Assembly (NCBI GenBank): GCA_024637275.1
Contig: JAGXFS010000068.1
Span: forward strand, 1 to 54,618
Source of the DNA: Acidimicrobiia bacterium
GTDB taxonomy: Bacteria > Actinomycetota > Acidimicrobiia > Spongiisociales > JAENVV01
Direction of reading: 5' to 3'
Length of the DNA stretch: 54,618 nt
Shown here: one piece after another, positions 49,938-54,618 of the stretch
Numbering within the stretch: position 1 is the first letter of the stretch
Layout: each line of letters begins with the position of its first letter
Made by a program: the position numbers and the translations under genes
Notes under the pieces: generated by a model
The model's database searches: none
The model's input: only the letters and a program-made list of their open reading frames with translations
Told to the model about the DNA's origin: nothing

Positions 49938-51164
49938 TTAGCGGATACCGATGTTCAGCGTGTCATCGGTGGTGGCTGGAACCGAGTCATGCGGTAGACG
50001 CTGAAGTTTGGGCTGTGCCTTGCGCCGACGTTTGGCTGGAACCAGGTCGCGCATTGATTCGAGCTTGCCAAAGCACAAAAGGCGATCGTGTTCCTCCAGG
50101 ACCCGGGTGCTCTTTGGGTTCGGTATCACCGTTGTGCCTCGAGTGAGGGTCAACACCGCGATGTCGCGCTCACGCAAGCCTGATTCGTCGATCGTCTTGC
50201 CGAGAATATCGGCGCCCTCTCGGACGTGGAGCTCAGCGACCCCGTATCCAGTTGAAACAGTGAGCCGCTGCCGAATATCGAGTTCGGGAAAGTCCACCTG
50301 GCTGGCGATGTAATCGACGATGGCACCGGCTATATCGAGATCGGTCGCTCCTTCGATCCCTTCCAGTCCCGGTGAGCTGTTGACCTCCATGACCAAGGGT
50401 CCGTGGTCGCTCTCGAGCATGTCGACCCCGGCTACCCGGAGGCCCATGATCTGGGCGGCTTGGACCGCGACACGTTCGTATTCAGCGTCGAGTTCGACAA
50501 CCTGAGTTGTTCCGCCTCGATGTACGTTCGAGCGGAATTCATCGCCGACCGCGCTCCGGCGCATGGCCGCCACGACCCGATTGCCGATGACAAACGCTCG
50601 GATGTCCTTACCTTTACTCTCGGCGATGAACTTCTGGATGAGGACGTTCTGCTTGGTGCTCTGGAGGGTCTCGATGACCGCTTCCGCGACGCGTTTGTCA
50701 GGGGCCAGAATTACACCGATCCCCTGAGTACCTTCCAGCAGTTTGATGACTACCGCTTCGCTTCCGACTTGTTCAATGGCGGGGAGCACATCGGCTCGAT
50801 CTCGAACGAACATGGTGGCCGGAATCCCGATGTCATGACGAGAAAGGATTTGAATGGACCGAAGCTTGTCCCGAGAGTTGGCGATCCCGGCAGCCGTGTT
50901 TGGCGTGTAGACGTCCATTTGCTCAAACTGGCGTACAACTGCCATCCCATAGAACGTGATGGAGGTTCCGATTCTCGGCAGGATCGCATCAAAGTCGCCG
51001 AGTTGCTTGCCCCGATATTGCATGTCCGGGACATCCCCCGACAGATCGATGGCGAACCGAAGAGTGTTGAGCACCCGCACCTCATGGCCCCGCTCAAGCG
51101 CGGCGGTTTTGAGACGCTGGGTGCTGTAGGCGTGGGGGGCACGCGAGAGTACGGCAAGTTTCAT
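49938..51164 (-). CDS. rimK: RimK family alpha-L-glutamate ligase with C-terminal TrkA-C (RCK_C) domain
   Basis: YSTQRL, ILPRIG.SITFYG, SRDKLRS.Q, IKLLEGTQGIGV, EFRSNVHRGG, EVNSSPGLEGIE; then GKTIDESGLRERDIAVLTLTRG...P....LEEHDRLLCFG. Confidence 0.92.
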   Translation of the reverse strand: MKLAVLSRAPHAYSTQRLKTAALERGHEVRVLNTLRFAIDLSGDVPDMQYRGKQLGDFDAILPRIGTSITFYGMAVVRQFEQMDVYTPNTAAGIANSRDKLRSIQILSRHDIGIPATMFVRDRADVLPAIEQVGSEAVVIKLLEGTQGIGVILAPDKRVAEAVIETLQSTKQNVLIQKFIAESKGKDIRAFVIGNRVVAAMRRSAVGDEFRSNVHRGGTTQVVELDAEYERVAVQAAQIMGLRVAGVDMLESDHGPLVMEVNSSPGLEGIEGATDLDIAGAIVDYIASQVDFPELDIRQRLTVSTGYGVAELHVREGADILGKTIDESGLRERDIAVLTLTRGTTVIPNPKSTRVLEEHDRLLCFGKLESMRDLVPAKRRRKAQPKLQRLPHDSVPATTDDTLNIGIR

Positions 51165-51625
51165 TGGGGCTGTTCCTTCTCTGGCTTACTAGACAACACG
51201 TACGAACGGCTGGGATGGACGAGGAATTGTTTTCGGATAGCTGACCGACCGAGCAACATTCGAAAACCCATGTCGTCGCGAGATGTGAGGGTGATTTCGA
51301 TTGGCCACTTGACCTTACCGATCCTGGCAGTCGTCTCGATGACGGGCCTCAATTCGGACTTGCCATTCGACGAGCGTACCTTTCGGAAGCCGGCGACGTC
51401 GCAGGTGACCGAGCGGGCATGGAGACCGGACCGTTGCTCGGGATGGATCTCAAAGGTGGCAGTGGTTACCCCATCGTTCTCGGAAATATGCAATCCGAAG
51501 GCATGAAGGGCCGACGTGCGCGCGCCCGTGTCGATCTTGGCTTTGATTGGCCGATCGATGAGGTCGATGAGGTCGACGAACTCCCGCCAGCCGATCACGG
51601 GTCTCGACTTCTTACGGGTAGCCAT
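51161..51625 (-). CDS. RimK-associated retropepsin-like protease (RimB-like)
   Basis: IGWRE, KAKIDTGARTSALHA, VRSSNG..E.RPVI, LTSR..MGFRMLLGR. ATGA overlap with rimK. Confidence 0.9.
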   Translation of the reverse strand: MATRKKSRPVIGWREFVDLIDLIDRPIKAKIDTGARTSALHAFGLHISENDGVTTATFEIHPEQRSGLHARSVTCDVAGFRKVRSSNGKSELRPVIETTARIGKVKWPIEITLTSRDDMGFRMLLGRSAIRKQFLVHPSRSYVLSSKPEKEQPQ

Positions 51626-51670
51626 CGAGCATGAGTATCACACGGCGGAACCGACGCGGCAAGCTGCCGA

Positions 51671-52093
51671 CTAGGGGAACTGGAGCGAATTGCCCTTTCG
51701 AGTTCGCACGCGGGTCATGACGGCCTTGGCCACACACTCCCTCTGATCCAAGCCAGCGGCGATTCCCATCGGATAGTGGATCCCGCCGAGCACCCGGGAA
51801 TTGGCAGCCTCGTAGGCCGCCCGCCCACGGTGAGGAGAAGGAACGGGACGGGTAGCCGGTGGTGGACGTGTCGGTGAACCCGGGACCGAGGATGGCGGTG
51901 AGGGTGGTCGCGGCGGCGGCCGAACCAACCGAGTGACCGGACGTGGAAGGTTGGTTCGATACTTCTCCGTCCAGCACGACGTGAACCCGTCGGCCACGGC
52001 AATCCCATGCATCGCAAGGAGCTCGACAGCCCTCGCCAGGTCGAGGCCGAGGTCACTCATCAGAATGTTGGTGATCAGCGTCCAGGACGGTGG
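51671..52093 (-). pseudogene. Decayed vanadium-dependent haloperoxidase (PAP2 superfamily) C-terminal remnant
   Basis: Motif 1 ADGFTSCWTEKYRTNLPRPVT, motif 2 TSGHS and motif 3 EAANSRVLGGIHY are spread over different frames. The N-terminus is absent. Confidence 0.75.
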
Positions 52094-52603
52094 CTAGGAG
52101 TCGTCGAGCTTGACTTCGATCAATCGTCCAGTATCGACGTCGTACACGAAACCGCTGATGTGGTCCTTGTTGGGGACGAAAGTCGTCTGGTGGAGACGCC
52201 TCATTGACTGGCGGGTGTCGGCATACGGATCCGTAAATGCCTCTACGGCCCACTGCGGCCGAACGCCCAATTCGGCTTCCAGGGCGGACTTGAACTCGTC
52301 GTCGGTGACCTTTTCGAGGCCACAATCGGTGTGGTGGATCAGGACGATTTCTGCAGTCCCCAGGACTCGCTGAGACAAACACAGGGATCGGATGACATCA
52401 TCGGTTATCACGCCACCAGCGTTGCGAATTACGTGCGCCTCGCCGTTGCGAAGACCAAGAATCTCGAAAACGTCCATCCGCGAGTCCATACAGGTGACGA
52501 CCGACAGCTTCCGACTCGGCGCTACGTCCAGATGAACGCGCCCGTGTCTTTCTGCGTGGGCGTCGTTGTGTTGGAGAAGCTCGTCGATATTCGGTGAGAA
52601 CAT
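52094..52603 (-). CDS. Beta-class carbonic anhydrase
   Basis: VTCMDSR, HVIRNAGG, HHTDCG zinc ligands, GFVYDVDTGRL. Confidence 0.95.
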   Translation of the reverse strand: MFSPNIDELLQHNDAHAERHGRVHLDVAPSRKLSVVTCMDSRMDVFEILGLRNGEAHVIRNAGGVITDDVIRSLCLSQRVLGTAEIVLIHHTDCGLEKVTDDEFKSALEAELGVRPQWAVEAFTDPYADTRQSMRRLHQTTFVPNKDHISGFVYDVDTGRLIEVKLDDS

Positions 52604-52666
52604 GGCGATACGGTAGCGGAGTCACACCCGCGGCATGGCTCGGCTACACCAACCCCGGTCTCAAAA

Positions 52667-52712
52667 CGAAGATGGACGCGTCCGAATCGTGGGTTCGGAC
52701 GCGTCCACTTCG
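52667..52712 (-). terminator. Terminator-like hairpin downstream of the sugar transferase
   Basis: 14-bp perfect stem TGGACGCGTCCGAA-N7-TTCGGACGCGTCCA, extendable by CGAAG/CTTCG. Confidence 0.7.
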
Positions 52713-52741
52713 CTCGTGGGGGTCTGCTACGCAGCGGCCGG

Positions 52742-53617
52742 CTAGAAGGAACGCTCTCCCTTGACCAGCGCCAACGGCGTCATCACCATCAGATAGAGAT
52801 CAAGCCAAAGGCTGCGACATCCAACGTACGTGAGGTCGAGCCGCATACGCTCCTCGAATGAGGTCTCCGATCGGCGGAACACCTGCCAGAGACCAGTGAC
52901 TCCGGGAGCCACCGAATTGCGATGCTTGAATGCCTCAACACTGAGTTCGGCGATTTCCTCGTCAACGAGTGGACGAGGACCAACCAAAGACATCGAGCTT
53001 CCAATCACATTGAAGAGCTGTGGTAGTTCGTCGAGGCCCGTCCGGCGTATAACCCGACCGACCGTCGTGACCCGTGGGTCGTTCGGTGACTTGTAGACCG
53101 GCGAACTGGTCTTGAACTCATCGAGAGCGATCTGATCAAGGATGTCCTCCTTGGAGATATCGCTGCGCATCGACCGGAACTTCCAGACCTTAAAGCGCTC
53201 ACCGTGGCGGCCTACCCGCTCGTGACGGTAAAACACCGGCCCGGGCGACGTTGCCTTGATGGCGATCGCGACCGGAATCATGATTGGCGTCGCCAGCAAA
53301 AGGATCACGAGTGCACCGAGAACGTCGAGGATACGCTTGGCGTAGAGGCCAGCCTGCTCGACGATCGGAGATATCTGTGTCCGCACGCGCAGTTCGACTG
53401 TGCGTGGACCGATCGCAGCGAACGGTAATTGAAGTTTCACTGAATGGATCGCCGACGAGTCGGTCAGATCTATTTCAGTGGTTTCCCCCTGTTGTGTGGC
53501 GAATCTCGCCCACGTTCGGGCATACGGCGATGCCCAGTTTCCCCCCGCCACATTGCCTCCCAGCGGTAGTGACCCTGACTGGCCAACCCCGTATCGAAAC
53601 CCTGGTCCCCCGAGCAC
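52742..53617 (-). CDS. Bacterial sugar transferase (polyprenyl-phosphate phosphoglycosyltransferase); start uncertain
   Basis: KRILDV, SPGPVFY...RVG, KFRSM, DPRVT.VGR.IRRTGLDELPQLFNV, MSLVGPRP, PGVTGLWQV. Confidence 0.92.
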   Translation of the reverse strand: MLGGPGFRYGVGQSGSLPLGGNVAGGNWASPYARTWARFATQQGETTEIDLTDSSAIHSVKLQLPFAAIGPRTVELRVRTQISPIVEQAGLYAKRILDVLGALVILLLATPIMIPVAIAIKATSPGPVFYRHERVGRHGERFKVWKFRSMRSDISKEDILDQIALDEFKTSSPVYKSPNDPRVTTVGRVIRRTGLDELPQLFNVIGSSMSLVGPRPLVDEEIAELSVEAFKHRNSVAPGVTGLWQVFRRSETSFEERMRLDLTYVGCRSLWLDLYLMVMTPLALVKGERSF

Positions 53618-53765
53618 ATCTCTGCGCTCAAACCATAAGCCTCAATAGTTGGCCACTTACATGTTGCAACTCCACTCTAACATCACACTCTGCGTGGTGG
53701 GTGGATTTATATCGCGGCCTATAATGCCCCCCTACAAGGGCTTTGTCCAAAAAGGGGGCTTTTTA

Positions 53766-54494
53766 GTGGCCGTGCTGTGTTATCACTCTGTGTGCGATGC
53801 CTGGTCTAGCCCGTTGGCGATGAATTCCGCCACCTTTTCTCAGCAATGTACCTGGCTGGCGAAACGTACCGACACGGTGGATCTCGCTCGTGCGGTAGAC
53901 CTCATGGACCGCCGTGGTCGACTTCCGCGCGGTGTATCCACGCTCACTTTTGACGACGGTTTTGCCGACAATTTCGACACTGCCTTACCGGCTATCAAGC
54001 GCTCCGGACTGGCCGCGTCCATCTTCGTGGTAGCGGCCACCCTTGATCGGGGTCACCAGGTCGACTGGGTTGACGATCCACCGACATTTACGTTGGAGAC
54101 TCTGACCCGAGATCAGATTCAGTCGATGGATGCTGAAGGCATCGACATCGGCTCGCACTCGCTCTTCCACAAGGACCTCACAACCTTGACGTACGAAGAG
54201 TGCGTAGAGGATCTCACTACCAGCCGGCTGATACTTGAAGAAATCCTAAGCAAACCGGTCCCCTATCTCGCGTATCCGCGCGGCTTGTGGAACGAAACCG
54301 TGGCAAAGGCAGCTCAAGCGGCCGGGTACTCGGGGGCTTTCAGCCTCCCCGTTGGACCAGAACCGGTCGGGGCGTTCTCGATGCCGCGCATCGGGATCTG
54401 GCGCGACAACGGGCCGCGGGAGTTCTGGCTTAAGAACACCAGGTCCTATCAGTCCGTCCGGACCTCGCGGCTCTACCAGCTTGTCGGAAGATGA
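53766..54494 (+). CDS. Polysaccharide deacetylase (CE4/NodB); start uncertain
   Basis: VLCYHSV, LTFDDG, IGSHSLFH, LAYPRG. Confidence 0.88.
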   Translation: MAVLCYHSVCDAWSSPLAMNSATFSQQCTWLAKRTDTVDLARAVDLMDRRGRLPRGVSTLTFDDGFADNFDTALPAIKRSGLAASIFVVAATLDRGHQVDWVDDPPTFTLETLTRDQIQSMDAEGIDIGSHSLFHKDLTTLTYEECVEDLTTSRLILEEILSKPVPYLAYPRGLWNETVAKAAQAAGYSGAFSLPVGPEPVGAFSMPRIGIWRDNGPREFWLKNTRSYQSVRTSRLYQLVGR

Positions 54495-54618
54495 CCGGCG
54501 GCGGCGCTGATGACCGAATCGATCTCGGAAACGGTCCGGTCGAGGGAATGTTCGCTTAGCGCCCTCGAGCGAGCGTTCGCCGATAGGAGCTTGCGGAGTT
54601 CGTGATCGGTGAGCAGAA
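54473..54618 (-). CDS. Glycosyltransferase (GT4-like) C-terminal end, 5'-partial
   Basis: Manual translation LLTDHELRKLLSANARSRALSEHSLDRTVSEIDSVI...* matches the GT-B terminal helices. It lies in a polysaccharide gene context. Confidence 0.65.
   Translation of the reverse strand, partial: LLTDHELRKLLSANARSRALSEHSLDRTVSEIDSVISAAAGHLPTSW

Noticed and set aside
1-54618. Numerous long antisense/alternate-frame ORFs; tRNA-Sec or sel genes; transposases
   Set aside because: Shadow ORFs are expected at high GC and lack motifs. I recognised no tRNA, selA/B/D, integrase or transposase in the window.

Overview
This GC-rich bacterial chromosomal window looks actinobacterial, probably Acidimicrobiia-like. 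That is inferred from the Cys-paired SLH repeats and many leaderless TAnnnT-N6/7-start promoters. It holds about 50 genes and I recognised no rRNA, tRNA, CRISPR array or intact mobile element. The main blocks are: (i) a mixed housekeeping region with several deletion relics; (ii) a putative N-methylated amine/polyamine catabolic island (ahcY, N-methyltransferase, two Rieske oxygenases, FAD oxidoreductase, GcvT-like protein, TetR, Pot-type ABC transporter); (iii) cysD-cysNC-cysC; (iv) an ECF sigma/anti-sigma pair; (v) a peroxiredoxin gene that the ORF track truncates, whose catalytic position is an in-frame UGA followed by a SECIS-like hairpin (candidate selenoprotein), overlapping a prenyltransferase gene; (vi) an unusual histidine-utilisation operon hisD-hutC-hutU-hutF-hutI-def-hutH, which lacks hutG but carries a peptide deformylase where the N-formylglutamate deformylase step is needed; (vii) kup, an ABC exporter, rimB-rimK(RCK_C), a decayed vanadium haloperoxidase, carbonic anhydrase and the edge of a polysaccharide cluster. 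The top leads are def as a non-orthologous HutG replacement (plus HisD-fed histidinol catabolism) and the Sec-peroxiredoxin with a non-canonical active site. All product calls come from motifs recognised by eye; no database search was run.
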